Assembly (NCBI RefSeq): GCF_006345805.1
Contig: NC_043014.1
Location: 2,914,001-2,978,000 of the forward strand
Source of the DNA: Octopus sinensis
Lineage: Eukaryota
Length of the DNA: 64,000 nt
Direction of reading: 5' to 3'
Shown here: positions 36,801-44,144 of the stretch, piece by piece
How the letters are laid out: each line of letters starts with the position of its first letter
How positions within the stretch are numbered: the first letter of the stretch is position 1
Program-made: the position numbers and the translations under genes
Notes under the pieces: generated by a model
The model's input: the letters and a program-made list of their open reading frames with translations, nothing else
Told to the model about the DNA's origin: nothing
The model's database searches: none

Positions 36801-37671
36801 CTTATTTACAACCATACACGTGTGTATATTTATGCATATATCATCATCGTTTAACGTCCGCTTTCCATGCTAGCATGGGTTGGACGGTTCAACTGGGGTC
36901 TGGGGAGCCCGAAGGCTACACCAGGCCAGTCAGATCTGGCAGTGTTTCTACAGCTGGATGCCCTTCGTAACGCCAACCACTGCGTGAGTGTAGTGGGTGC
37001 TTTTTATGTGCCACTGGCACAGGTGCCAGATGAGGCTTCCCAGACCCCAGTTGAACCGTCCAACCCATGCTAGCATGGAAAACAGACGTTAAACGATGAT
37101 GATGATGATGATGCCCATAATAAAGAGAAACACCAACGATGGGCCCATTGAAAACTCAAATCCAATAACCCTAAAATCTGGCTCAAATAGCAAATGGATG
37201 TCACCAAAGTTGTGTTAAATTATTTTCTTTTTCTTTTTACATTACAGGTGGCGCTGGTGGACTGGGGACCGTGGCAGATGGAGGTAGAGGAGGCTGGAGC
37301 CGCACCCAATGCACAGCTGGTGGAGCAGCTGGTGGCGCCAATGAATGGCTCAAGGATTCTCGGTTGTATGCCTTCTGCGGAGCAGGTGGGATCTCAGAGT
37401 GTCCGATCGGACCAAGACCTCGTTCCCCAAAACATGGACCTGGCGGCACAGCTAACAATGGCACAATGGCTGGACTCTACGGTGGGGGCGGCGCTGCTGT
37501 TTTCAAAATGGGTGCCGGAGGTGGCGGCGGTTTCTCCAGGGGTTCAATCCGAATTAATTCCTGGATGTCATTCCTGTGACAGTGGGCAAGCCCGGGGATG
37601 CTTCATATGGACAGCCTGGTGGTGGTGTGGTGGTGGTGTCTTGGGGGTGGCCATCTTTCGAAGAGCTGTGA
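2548..37671 (+). CDS. Multi-exon gene (17 exons in window, 5' end upstream): EGF-YWTD propeller-EGF-YWTD propeller-Sushi/CCP-glycine-rich domain protein, LRP-like ectodomain without a TM segment
   Basis: All 17 exons have AG acceptors and GT donors (one GC donor), and all 16 junction phases chain into one frame. About 895 aa if the last-exon frameshift is corrected, 864 aa as assembled. N-glycosylation sequons (NSS, NIT, NKS, NHT, NWS, NGT) fit a secretory-pathway protein. Confidence 0.9.
2723..3140 (+). mobile_element. tRNA/CORE-like SINE family B; other copies at ~3205-3380, 10545-10970, 12150-12555 (-), 15820-16235, 16270-16446+17702-17890 (-), 24195-24610, 28665-29060, 35590-35965 (-), 57125-57530 (-), 59090-59490 (-), 60865-61030+61540-61805, 62748-63130, 63160-63450 (-)
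   Basis: GGCGCAGGAGTGGCTGTGTGGTAAG head, GGTTCAGTCCC B box, CCTTGGGCAAGTGTCTT segment, central (TA/TG)n, (AGTAAAAG)n tail. Confidence 0.85.
3640..3760 (+). mobile_element. Penelope-like terminal fragment with hammerhead-like motif (3656-3701)
   Basis: gacac-CTGATGA-a-GGCTG..CAGCC-GAAA tgt t-gtgtt; the same family recurs at 27845-28130. Confidence 0.55.
3781..3962 (+). CDS. Exon 2: start of YWTD propeller 1
   Basis: ttacag|gtc ... aag|gtcagc; QQSPSILLLGKRSG...IQAIAVDAKHGIVYFTDSKEK. Confidence 0.88.
4220..4490 (+). repeat. (CAT/CAC)n microsatellite; other simple repeats at ~700-1100, 2180-2520, 7830-8030, 18390-18895, 33125-33410, 33665-33930, 58200-58710
   Basis: Direct reading. Confidence 0.9.
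4680..5400 (-). mobile_element. Degenerate RTE 3' end (ORF tail + UTR)
   Basis: Reverse complement of RGRPRKTWDEVVKHD-type coding at ~5150-5390 plus the shared (GAT)n-tailed UTR. Confidence 0.65.
5802..5874 (+). CDS. Exon 3: propeller 1
   Basis: ttctag|gtt ... caag|gtgagt; VIYRTSVYQRTEAKAIILAVKTVQ(G), phase 0-1 links exons 2 and 4. Confidence 0.85.
6125..6662 (+). repeat. (GGT/GGC/AGT)n microsatellite
   Basis: Direct reading. Confidence 0.95.
6746..6899 (+). CDS. Exon 4: YWTD repeat
   Basis: tcaag|gttta ... aaag|gtaggt; [28 protein letters not shown]...LRAIAVHPAK(R). Confidence 0.93.
6922..7830 (+). repeat. SINE family A head followed by ~4.6 tandem ~185-bp body units
   Basis: Unit starts at 6974, 7159, 7344, 7527, 7712. 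Confidence 0.85.
8030..8756 (-). mobile_element. 5'-truncated R4/Dong-like non-LTR retrotransposon (RLE type), degenerate
   Basis: DQSLPTRNY..CRICGDGQETINHIISSCPVLAKKEYIHRHD (CCHC + RHD), EKLSKYKDL..IPLIVGALG, LGTAHILRRTL; (TAA)n on both sides. Confidence 0.8.
9103..9237 (+). CDS. Exon 5: YWTD repeat
   Basis: cgttag|att ... acaa|gtaagt; FLYWTDVSAANAGIERIGLDGESGRKIIAKDSYAVSLAIDFQLN(K). Confidence 0.92.
9491..9971 (+). mobile_element. Tandem dimer of a ~230-bp piggyBac-type MITE
   Basis: TTAACC(C)TTT...AAAGGGTTAA ends; two units joined by aatatataatagagaaacaattc. Confidence 0.7.
10340..10515 (+). mobile_element. Short PLE-like element with hammerhead-variant motif (10385-10420), flanked by (TA)n
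   Basis: cttt-CTGTAGA-a-GAGC ttag GCTC-GAA-ACGT-A-aaag; homologs at 60437-60850. Confidence 0.5.
12858..12981 (+). CDS. Exon 6: YWTD-type repeat
   Basis: tttcag|act ... aag|gtaaca; LIWLDNMYGMVYMSNLNGRDKRKLYQHEAYGSRLLAITVLK. Confidence 0.9.
13040..14245 (+). repeat. Compound (ATT/ATC/ACT)n microsatellite with ~418-bp higher-order duplication
   Basis: Landmarks TTTAATTCTTATC at ~13295/13710 and TTTAATTGTTATC at ~13547/13965. Confidence 0.85.
14713..14863 (+). CDS. Exon 7: end of propeller 1
   Basis: ttgcag|aat ... acaa|gtaaga; NYVVYSDWYHENTGLYTINKHTG...LALAFLHSNSQLKST. Confidence 0.9.
16447..17701 (+). mobile_element. Tc1/mariner-superfamily DD37D (maT-type) transposon with decayed transposase at 16533-17577
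   Basis: TA|CAGGGCGCGTAAAGTATTTGAGGAC ... GTCCTCAAATATCTTACGCACCCAG|TA terminal inverted repeats; motifs FQxDSA and PPNSLDLNPLDY with 37 residues between the 2nd and 3rd catalytic D; multiple stops. Confidence 0.88.
17977..18093 (+). CDS. Exon 8: LRP-type EGF module, phase 1-1
   Basis: ttccag|atg ... gcaa|gtgagt; NACVKNNGGCYHICLPKKNGHRCLCAIGFHLNDNGQCTA. Confidence 0.93.
18215..18390 (+). mobile_element. Short PLE-like element with decayed hammerhead (18260-18294); truncated homolog at 11405-11530
   Basis: CTGACAA-a-GAGC tct GCTC-GAA-ACGT-T-aaac. Confidence 0.5.
19013..19237 (-). mobile_element. tRNA-derived SINE family A, complete copy with 17-bp TSD; other copies at ~1-388, 3385-3600, 25295-25512, 29295-29490, 34085-34305, 43225-43440, 53610-53790, 55375-56030
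   Basis: GGCGAGCTGGCAGAA head, GAGTTCAAATTCC B box, GCCTTTCATCCTTTCGGGGTCGATAA central domain; TSD CCTGAAGAACACATACC. Confidence 0.85.
19403..19638. mobile_element. Fold-back MITE-like element (~113-bp arms)
   Basis: Left arm 19403-19516 is the reverse complement of 19530-19638, with few mismatches. Confidence 0.7.
19714..20421. mobile_element. Longer copy of the same fold-back element, right arm split by a SINE
   Basis: GGAGATGTAC...GTACATCTC ends; SINE at 20051-20348 with ~12-bp TSD (ctttccacactg / ccttccacgctg). Confidence 0.72.
20051..20348 (+). mobile_element. tRNA-derived SINE with V-domain-like segment
   Basis: A box TGGCCTAGTGG, B box GGTTCAAATC, segment CCTGCGACGGACCGGCGTCCCGTCCAGG; related fragment at ~56990-57110 (-). 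Confidence 0.7.
20453..20601 (+). CDS. Exon 9: start of propeller 2
   Basis: ttaaag|ata ... atg|gtgaga; NITYHEFLLIADQRLRRLYQINL...PIDIAFDSKEMM. Confidence 0.88.
20712..20847. repeat. Fold-back of SINE family B tail (57-bp arms, 22-nt loop)
   Basis: 20712-20768 pairs with 20791-20847. Confidence 0.88.
21040..21259 (+). mobile_element. piggyBac-type MITE
   Basis: TTAA|CCCTTTAG ... CTAAAGGG|TTAA; empty paralogous site with a single TTAA at 23483-23486. Confidence 0.85.
21737..22123 (+). mobile_element. Non-autonomous Helitron/Helentron-like element
   Basis: 5' TACTAGCAGTATCGCCCGGCGTTGCTC, 3' CAGACAGCTTTATATGAATAG; sister element at 48274-48638. Confidence 0.55.
23151..23241 (+). CDS. Exon 10: YWTD repeat
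   Basis: ctgtag|gtc ... atat|gtaaga; VYWTDAEDDSISRSKLNGDYYETLLQDSSI. Confidence 0.92.
25568..26105 (+). mobile_element. (AAT)n-embedded short retroelement; other copies at 27682-27786 (+), 55082-55358 (+) and ~56063-56395 (-)
   Basis: Shared 3' end GCACTGCTCTCTCACTC(AAT)n, variable 5' truncation, AAT/ATT tracts at the 3' end of every copy. Confidence 0.7.
26450..26612 (+). CDS. Exon 11: propeller 2
   Basis: gtgcag|cat ... ctgg|gtaagt; SFGEIVIEPTTRLLYFIDNKSGNIGVLSMDTKHYRILIQTGLNHTFGLAIDLFS(G). Confidence 0.9.
27040..28130 (+). mobile_element. Penelope-like element relics (27040-27185 and 27845-28130), interrupted by other repeats
   Basis: Decayed hammerhead at 27861-27906; translation YGADLRLQRRHIEKLHQKLACLSNH resembles the N-terminus of PLE ORFs. 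Confidence 0.55.
28218..28345 (+). CDS. Exon 12: propeller 2 (divergent blade)
   Basis: ttgcag|ggc ... gaca|gtgagt; AIYITSIKKNSASLWSFHPVHKSIKHVMTDLSDPRGIVWWID. Confidence 0.87.
29095..29254 (+). CDS. Exon 13: propeller 2
   Basis: ttttag|gga ... agag|gtgagt; RIYVAVSGNIEAVSTDELLGGEHEVAVSNVDPYDIAADFMYLYWTDKQSGAVK(R). Confidence 0.9.
29510..29950 (+). mobile_element. RTE 3'-UTR-derived short elements (family C, more than 20 copies on both strands across the window)
   Basis: GGCGTTAGGAAGGGCATCCAGCTGTAGAAAC...GACGTTAAA(YGA)(TGA)n, the same as the UTR/tail of the RTE at 41517-43123. Confidence 0.85.
29978..30075 (+). CDS. Exon 14: end of propeller 2
   Basis: ttccag|aat ... caag|gtaatg; ITRLKGTDTSILLEKDFFIQPVGLTIFKKENQ(G). 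Confidence 0.87.
31581..32328. mobile_element. MITE with long terminal inverted repeats; right repeat split by an RTE insertion
   Basis: ATATTCTGTTGTGTCTGGGGAGAGTCATTTTC...CACTCACCGGTAAAATTTCCAC is mirrored at 31790-31823 plus 32284-32328. Confidence 0.75.
31824..32272 (-). mobile_element. RTE-clade LINE 3' fragment with internal inversion and 11-bp TSD
   Basis: 31968-32272 (+) encodes VLPAMLYGSETW...RWAGHVARLTDNR; 31824-31967 (-) encodes RRWSDD..W.RKAR.R.KW..* plus a (CAAAGTGAT)2 tail; TSD GTGTTATATTA. Confidence 0.82.
32570..32760 (+). mobile_element. Degenerate RTE reverse-transcriptase fragment
   Basis: KVTERVI..DEMQGIFVPRKGST..AFVDPVKAFD (RT domain motifs, with stops and frameshift). 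Confidence 0.6.
33455..33637 (+). CDS. Exon 15: Sushi/CCP module, phase 1-1, GC donor
   Basis: caacag|gtt ... ccag|gcaagt; YCQTPLVHLGRL...VAAQCFSGYMPSTAAAMVCLHGNWSHVVRCIP (C-xx-P, C-xx-GY, C-xx-G-x-W, C pattern). Confidence 0.85.
36348..36575 (+). CDS. Exon 16: N-terminal half of glycine-rich domain
   Basis: gtttag|atc ... gaag|gtaagt; ...IKFTSSRLFIVPIALNYINVMCIGAGGGGYDGKSAYGKAGDGWPSKFKGLVAEGGKGGSKTE. Confidence 0.88.
37248..37671 (+). CDS. Exon 17 (terminal): C-terminal half of glycine-rich domain, apparent 1-nt frameshift at 37560/37561
   Basis: ttacag|gtg; GGAGGLG...GLYGGGGAAVFKMGAGGGGGFSRGSIRIN. As assembled the frame stops at 37577-37579. A second frame from 37561 reads LDVIPVTVGKPGDASYGQPGGGVVVVSWGWPSFEEL then TGA TGA (37669-37674). 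Confidence 0.82.
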
Positions 37672-37884
37672 TGATTCATTTTTCAAAGAATTTTACATAT
37701 TTGTTTACTTTTTTTTTTATTAACTTAACATTTTCCCCACCATTAATTACATGTTCATTAAGTATATCAAATGTTCATTTGTTGGATTTTCTGTTATTTT
37801 TTGGGGAGTTTTTTTTTCTTTGTTTCCACGTCCGTTTTTCAAATTTTCACGAGAATTTATTGGAGAAATTAAAAAAAAAAATTT

Positions 37885-37900
37885 AATAAATCAAAATAAA
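37885..37900 (+). promoter_or_regulatory. Candidate polyadenylation signals of the YWTD-CCP-Gly-rich gene
   Basis: Two AATAAA hexamers (37885-37890, 37895-37900) about 210 nt after the stop codon, in U-rich sequence. Confidence 0.55.
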
Positions 37901-38234
37901 TTATAAAGAAGAAGAGGTCTGTATTTAATGAAGGAAGGAAGACGGACAAATGGATAGACTGACAGAGACACACAGACAGACAGAAGAAAGGGTTCTGTCC
38001 CATTGCATGACATCTTGGGCAAGTGTCTTCTACCATGGCTCCAGGCTGACTGAAGCCTTGTGAGTGGATTTGGTATACGGAAACTGAAAAGAAACCCATT
38101 GTGTGTGTGTGTGTGTGTACAAGGGCTGGATGTGATGTCATGGAAGATCCTAAACAAACGTTTCTTGTGTGATAATAATAATAATATTCATTTAAAATGA
38201 ATGTGATCTGAAAAGGAGGAACACTCACAAAGAT

Positions 38235-38695
38235 ATGACTGAAACCACCTCTGGTTCTGTTGTATAAATGTCTTGTTTTCATAAGTTTTGAATTAAAATC
38301 TTCAACCAAACCTTAGTCACAATTTATGTTCCTAACACTAGCTGAATGATAATTAAGTTATTTTACTAAATTCTTTGTTATATTTAAAGTAATTGAAAGA
38401 AACACAGAGCATCTCAACAGAAATACGGTAACAAAAGGGTTAAAATATATAATAGAGAAACAATTCTTAATCCTTTGATACCAACCTGGCTGAAACCACC
38501 TCTGACTCTGTAGTATAAATGTCTTCTTTTCATAAGTTCTGAATTAAAATCCTCCACCAAACCTTAGTCACAATTTATGTTCCTAACACTAGCTTAATGA
38601 TAACTAAGTTATTTAACTAAATTCTTTGTTAAATTTAAAATCAATTGAAAGAAACACAGAGCATCTCAACAGAAATATGGTAACGAAAGGGTTAA
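38235..38695 (+). mobile_element. Second tandem dimer of the same piggyBac-type MITE
   Basis: Same unit and same junction spacer as 9491-9971; ends GGTAACGAAAGGGTTAA. Confidence 0.7.
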
Positions 38696-38875
38696 GGTAT
38701 TTTGAGAGGAGAATATTCTACTTCAAAATAAGACACTGAATCAGCTTTTACCGTTTGTGGCTGTTCTGCTGCCAGTTAATAATCAGCATCGAATGGGAAG
38801 CCTGCCAAACATCGGTGAGATAATAATGAAATTATTGTAGACAGTGGCGCAGGGCAACTGCTGGTCTTCCATAAG

Positions 38876-39426
38876 GGCGCAGGAGTGGCTGTGTGATAAG
38901 TAGCTTGCTAACCAACCACATGGTTCCGGGTTCAGTCCCACTGCGTGGCATCTTGGGCAAGTGTCTTCTGCTATAACATCGGGCTGACCAATGCCTTGTG
39001 AGTGGATTTGGTAGACGGAAACTGAAAGAAGCCTGTCGTATATATGTGTGTATATATATATATACATAGGCGCAGGAGTGGCTGTGTGGTAAGTAGCTTG
39101 CTAACCAACCACATGGTTCCGGGTTCAGTCCCACTGCGTGGCATCTTGGGCAAGTGTCTTCTGCTATAACATCGGGCTGACCAATGCCTTGTGAGTGGAT
39201 TTGGTAGACGGAAACTGAAAGAAGCCTGTCGTATATATGTGTGTATATATATATATACATAGGCGCAGGAGTGGCTGTGTGGTAAGTAGCTTGCTAACCA
39301 ACCACATGGTTCCGGGTTCAGTCCCACTGCGTGGCATCTTGGGCAAGTGTCTTCTGCTATAGCCCCGGGCCGACCAATGCCTTGTGAGTGGATTTGGTAG
39401 ACGGAAACTGAAAGAAGCCTGTCGTG

Positions 39427-39473
<47 letters not shown>

Positions 39474-39665
39474 TTGTGTTTGTCCCCCTAGCATTGCTTG
39501 ACAACCGATGCTGGTGTGTTTACGTCCCCATCACTTAGCGGTTCGGCAAAAGAAACCAATAGAATAAGTACTAGGCTTACAAAGAATAAGTCCCGGGGTC
39601 GATTTGCTCGACTAAAGGTGGTGCTCCAGCATGGCTGCAGTCAATAGACTGAAACAAGTAAAAGA
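38876..39665 (+). repeat. SINE family B with the 5' half triplicated (193-bp period)
   Basis: Near-identical units start at 38876, 39069 and 39262. Confidence 0.88.
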
Positions 39666-40440
39666 GTGCTCAGGTGCACAACTTGTCAGAAAGTGCGTAT
39701 AAAGTATATGCATTAATGTACAAATGTCTGGAAAGCGAACAATGCATGAGTCAAATACATGCCTGTGTGTGTATGGAGGGGAGAAAATCAGGTGTAGTGT
39801 TGGTGAATCTCAGGGAGCATGGAAGTTTTGAAGGATGCAGTGCTCCGACAACTAACAACTGATGCTGGCAGTTTGTTCCATGCTTCAGCAACTCTCAGCA
39901 TGAAAAAATGTTTCCGAAAGTCATGAGAGCTGTGCTGTTTTCTGACTTTGCAAACATGATAATAATAATAATAATGAAATTATTGTATACAGTGCTCAGG
40001 TGCACCACAACTTGTCAAAATTGCGTATAAAGCATATGCAGTGATGTACAAATGTCTGGAAAGTGAACAGTGTATGAGTCAGATAGATGCTTGTGTGTGT
40101 ATGGAGGGGAGAAAATCAAGTGTAGTGCTGGCGAATCTCAGAAAGCATGGAAGTTTTGAAGGATGCAGTGCTCCGACAACTAACAACCGATGCCGACAGT
40201 TTGTTCCATGCTTCAGCAACTCTTAGCGTGAAAAAATGTTTCTGAAAATCAGGAGGCTTGGAAGTTTTGAAGGATGCAGTGCTCCGACAACTAACAACTG
40301 ATGCCGGCAGTTTGTTCCATGCTTCAGCAACTCTCAGCGTGAAAAAATGTTTCCTAAAGTCATGGAAGGATCTGTGCTGTTTTCTGACTTTGTAAATATG
40401 TCCACGGGTGTTAGATACAAACAGAAACACTAGTGCCAAC
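39665..40440 (-). mobile_element. Tandem CR1 3' fragments; a further copy lies at ~35110-35380 (-)
   Basis: RKHFFTLRVAEAWNKLPASVVSCRSTASFK repeated, with the same 3' UTR as the 50090 copy. Confidence 0.8.
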
Positions 40441-40544
40441 AAACAGGGTGTTGATCGATCATGTGATTGTCTGTATTTTATGTATTGCTGTTTCCCCGTG
40501 GGGGAAAGAAGGATTTCAGAGAGGTTTGTAAAGGGGGAGACAAT

Positions 40545-40830
40545 CGTTGACTTTCTTTCCCTGACTTCTACTGTTATCGTTTCCAAGTGAAGGAAGGGGA
40601 CTTCAACCCCGTGATGAAAAGCAGGCAACTAATGCAACAATTTGCTGTAGATACTCAGGAGCTAAAATAGGGAACAGTCGTTTGACCTGGGCCAAAAATA
40701 ATCAATCCAGAAAAATATCAGGGTCTCTATGATGCAATTAAGGCAGGTAGACAAGTTGTTCTTCCTCCTCTAATCTACGGTTCTCCTTGCTTTTACAATA
40801 AGTGCTTCCAGAATCCAATGACTGTGGAAG
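40545..40830 (+). mobile_element. Degenerate Helitron Rep (helitron_like_N) coding fragment
   Basis: DFYCYRFQV..FNPVMKSRQLMQQFAVD / AKIGNSRLTWAKNNQ / YQGLYDA..GRQVVLP..GSP, across two frameshifts. Confidence 0.75.
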
Positions 40831-41516
40831 TTTCTTAGAACATGAATTTACAAAAATATTTCCAGACGTTCAAACCTTTAATAATTGCTTTTTTTTTTAG
40901 TCCTTTTAGTAATTAATATAAACCTAATTAATGAGTAGCTTTCTCCATTATAATTTAGATAGATATACTAATGGAGGGTGAAAGTGCATGGCGCAGTGGT
41001 TAAAGCACAGGGCTCACAATCAGGAGGCAGTGAGTTCAATTCCTGGACCAGGCTGTGTGTTGTGTTCTTGAGCAAGACTCTTTATTTCACGTTGCTCTAG
41101 TTCACTCAGCTGTAGAAAGGAGTTGTGATGGCACTGGTGCCAAGCTGTATCAGCCCCTTTGCCTTTCCCTTGGATAACATCAGTGGCATGGTGAGGAGAG
41201 GCTGGTACGCATGGATGACTGCTGGTCTTCCATAAACCACCTTGCCCAGACTTGTGCCTCTCAGAGGATAACTTTCTAGATGTAATCCCATGACCAAAGG
41301 GGGTCTCTATCCTTTTTTTTTTTTTAATGTATATGCTCTGTGTATTTTCCAGTGGCTGCAATGGCAAAGCAGTATATATAACTCATGGCTCTAAGGTGTT
41401 AAAACACCTTAAAGTCATGGACAGGTGAGATAATCCACCCTCAATCCCATTTAGGTGTGATGGACATCAATGTTTCACCATTTCTGTGGCTTCTGAATAT
41501 CACAAAATATTGTTAT

Positions 41517-43123
41517 GGAAGATGGCCCTGCTCGATCTGTAGAAAAGGTGTAGGTAGAAACTCTATAAGATGTACCCAGTGTAAGCTATGGACACATAAG
41601 AGGTGCAGCAATGTCAAAGGTAGGCTAACTGGGAAGATAGTTTTTGTATGTGGCAGATGCTCGGGAGCATTAACCTCCGAAAATCTGCAGAAAACAACTT
41701 CCGTCACTTTCCAGGGGGAAAAACTAGAAGTAGTTGATAGCTTCCGTTATCTAGGTGACCAAGTCAGTAGTGGGGGTGGGTGCGCTGAAAGTGTAACTGC
41801 TAGAATAAGAATAGCCTGGGCAAAGTTTAGGGAGCTCTTACCTCTGCTGGTGACTAAAGGCCTCTCGCTCAGAGTAAAAGGCAGACTGTATGATGCGTGT
41901 GTACGAACAGCCATGCTACATGGCAGCGAAACATGGGCCGTGACTGCTGAGGACATGCGTAAGCTCGTGAGGAATGAAGCCAGTATTCTCCGATGGATGT
42001 GTAATGTCAGTGTACATACTCGACAGAGCGTTAGCACCTTGAGAGAAATGTTGTACCTAAGAAGCATCAGTTGTGGTGTGCAAGAGAGACGATTGCGCTG
42101 GTATGGTCATGTGGCGAGAATGGATGAAGATAGGTGTGTGAGAAAGTGCCAATCCCTAGCAGTTGAGGGAACCCGTGGAAGAGGTAGACCCAGGAAAACC
42201 TGGGACGAGGTGGTGAAGCACGACCTTCGAACTTTAGGCCTCACTGAGGAAATGACCAGCGACCGAGACCTTTGGAAATATTCTGTACGTGAGAAGACCA
42301 GGCAGGACAAGTGAGCCCAGCCCACTTATGAATGCCTTTCCTCCCTTGGACACAAAGACCTGTTGAGGCAAGCGAAGTCGATATAGAACCTCATCCGACG
42401 ACAGACACCCATGCCAACCCCCCATGCTTGCGAAGACATGTTGGGGCAAGCGAAACCGAATTGAACCAGCCAGGATCCCTGGCCTGGTGGTACGTAAAAA
42501 GCACTATCCGACTCGTGGCCGTGGCACGTAAAATACTCCAATGCGACCGTACGACAGGCACCCATGCCAACCCCCTTTGCTTGTGAAGACATGTTGGGGC
42601 AAGCGAAATCGAAATAGAATTGAACCAGCCAGGATCCCTGGTCTGGTGGTACGTAAAAAGCACTATCCGACTCGTGGCCGTGGCACGTAAAATACTCCAA
42701 TGCGACCGTACGACAGGCACCCATGCCAACCCCCTTTGCTTGTGAAGACATGTTGGGGCAAGCGAAATCGAAATCGAATTGAACCAGCCAGGATCCCTGG
42801 TCTGGTGGTACGTAAAAGGCACTATCCGACTCGTGGCTGATGCCAGCACCGCCTCGACTGGCTTCCGTGCCGGTGGCACATAAAATACACCAATCTGACC
42901 GTGGCCGTTGCCAGCCTCGCCTGGCACCTGTGCAGGTGGCACGTAAAAAGCACCCACTACACTCATGGAGTGGTTGGCGTTAGGAAGGGCATCCAGCTGT
43001 AGAAACATTGCCAGATTAGACTGGAGCCTGGTGCAGCCTTCTGGCTTCCCAGAACCCCGGTCGAACCGTCCAACCCATGCTAGCATGGAGAACGGACGTT
43101 AAACGATGATGATGATGATGATG
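41517..43123 (+). mobile_element. Young 5'-truncated RTE-clade LINE with intact 3' ORF, ~155-bp UTR tandem units and (GAT)n tail
   Basis: ORF to 42314: Cys-rich WPCSICRKGVG..C..C..W.H..C..C..C, FRYLGD, LHGSETW, RRLRWYGHVARM, RGRPRKTW; candidate TSD ATTGTTAT (41509-41516 / 43124-43131). Confidence 0.9.
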
Positions 43124-43976
43124 ATTGTTATATTTGGGGACGGTAATGTTGCCAATTAAACACATGCTCTATTTGATCTTCACTTCAATTCTTCTTCTTC
43201 TTCTTCTTATTATTATTATTATTGTAAGGTGGTGAGCTGGCAAAAACATTAGCATGCTGAGCAAAACATTTAGAGGCATTTCATCTGTGTCTTTAAGTTT
43301 GGAGTTCAAATCCTGCCACGGTCGACTTTGCTTTTCATCCTTTTAAGGTTGATAAAATAAGTACCAGTTGAACACTGGGGTCGATGTAAATCAACTCATC
43401 CCCCAAAACTGCTGGCCTTGTGCCAAAATTTGAAACCATTATTATTATTATTGATATTTTATTACTATTGTTATTCGTTTATTTATCAGAGTTCAATTTC
43501 TGTGAATAAAATTGATTTATAAACATTTTGTATAAGGAGAAATAAAAAATAAAAAGTCTGTTGGGGAGCGGGTGGGATGAGGAATAAATACCAGGACATT
43601 TGACTTCAAATAATAGTTAGTCTGGGTAGGGGACGGGGGAGCTGTTAGTGAACGTTAAGTGACAGACAATAGTGTAGTGAACACAGAAAATAGTGAACAG
43701 CGAAGAAGAGAGATGGTGTAAAAGCACACAAATATATACACACACATATATACGTATCTTCAAAAATTTACGTACAGAAATATACATACATAGGTGCACA
43801 AACACTTACACCCTACACACACACACACACACACACATATTATATACATAATATAAACATATTCATAATACTAAACATATAGCTATATATACATATATAT
43901 GAATATATACAACAATAAACAGCTACATAAACAAATATGTATGTACCTGTATACAAATACACCAACAAATACATAC

Positions 43977-44009
<33 letters not shown>

Positions 44010-44062
44010 AATATAAACATATACATTCACACACATACACACAAACATACACATACTTGTTG

Positions 44063-44096
<34 letters not shown>

Positions 44097-44144
44097 GGTA
44101 GCTGGGCCACAGAACAGCAGAGATTACTGTATGACTAGTGAACA

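Noticed and set aside
2548-37671. Naming the + gene LRP1/2/4/5/6, ALK/LTK, nidogen or cueball
   Set aside because: No LDL-A repeats, TM, kinase, MAM or G2 domains in the window, and the C-terminus matches none of these, so no symbol is given.
36348-37671. Bacterial/phage contamination as the source of the Gly-rich sequence
   Set aside because: It is split by a canonical intron containing host repeats and is in phase with upstream exons.
37194-37886. 230-aa ORF over the terminal exon
   Set aside because: This is the one frame that matches neither exon 16 phase nor the Gly-rich motifs.
42330-42830. CRISPR-like arrays (RTE UTR units, 57-bp units at 29510-29760, SINE tandem at 6922)
   Set aside because: Whole units repeat with no unique spacers, in a eukaryotic context with no cas genes.
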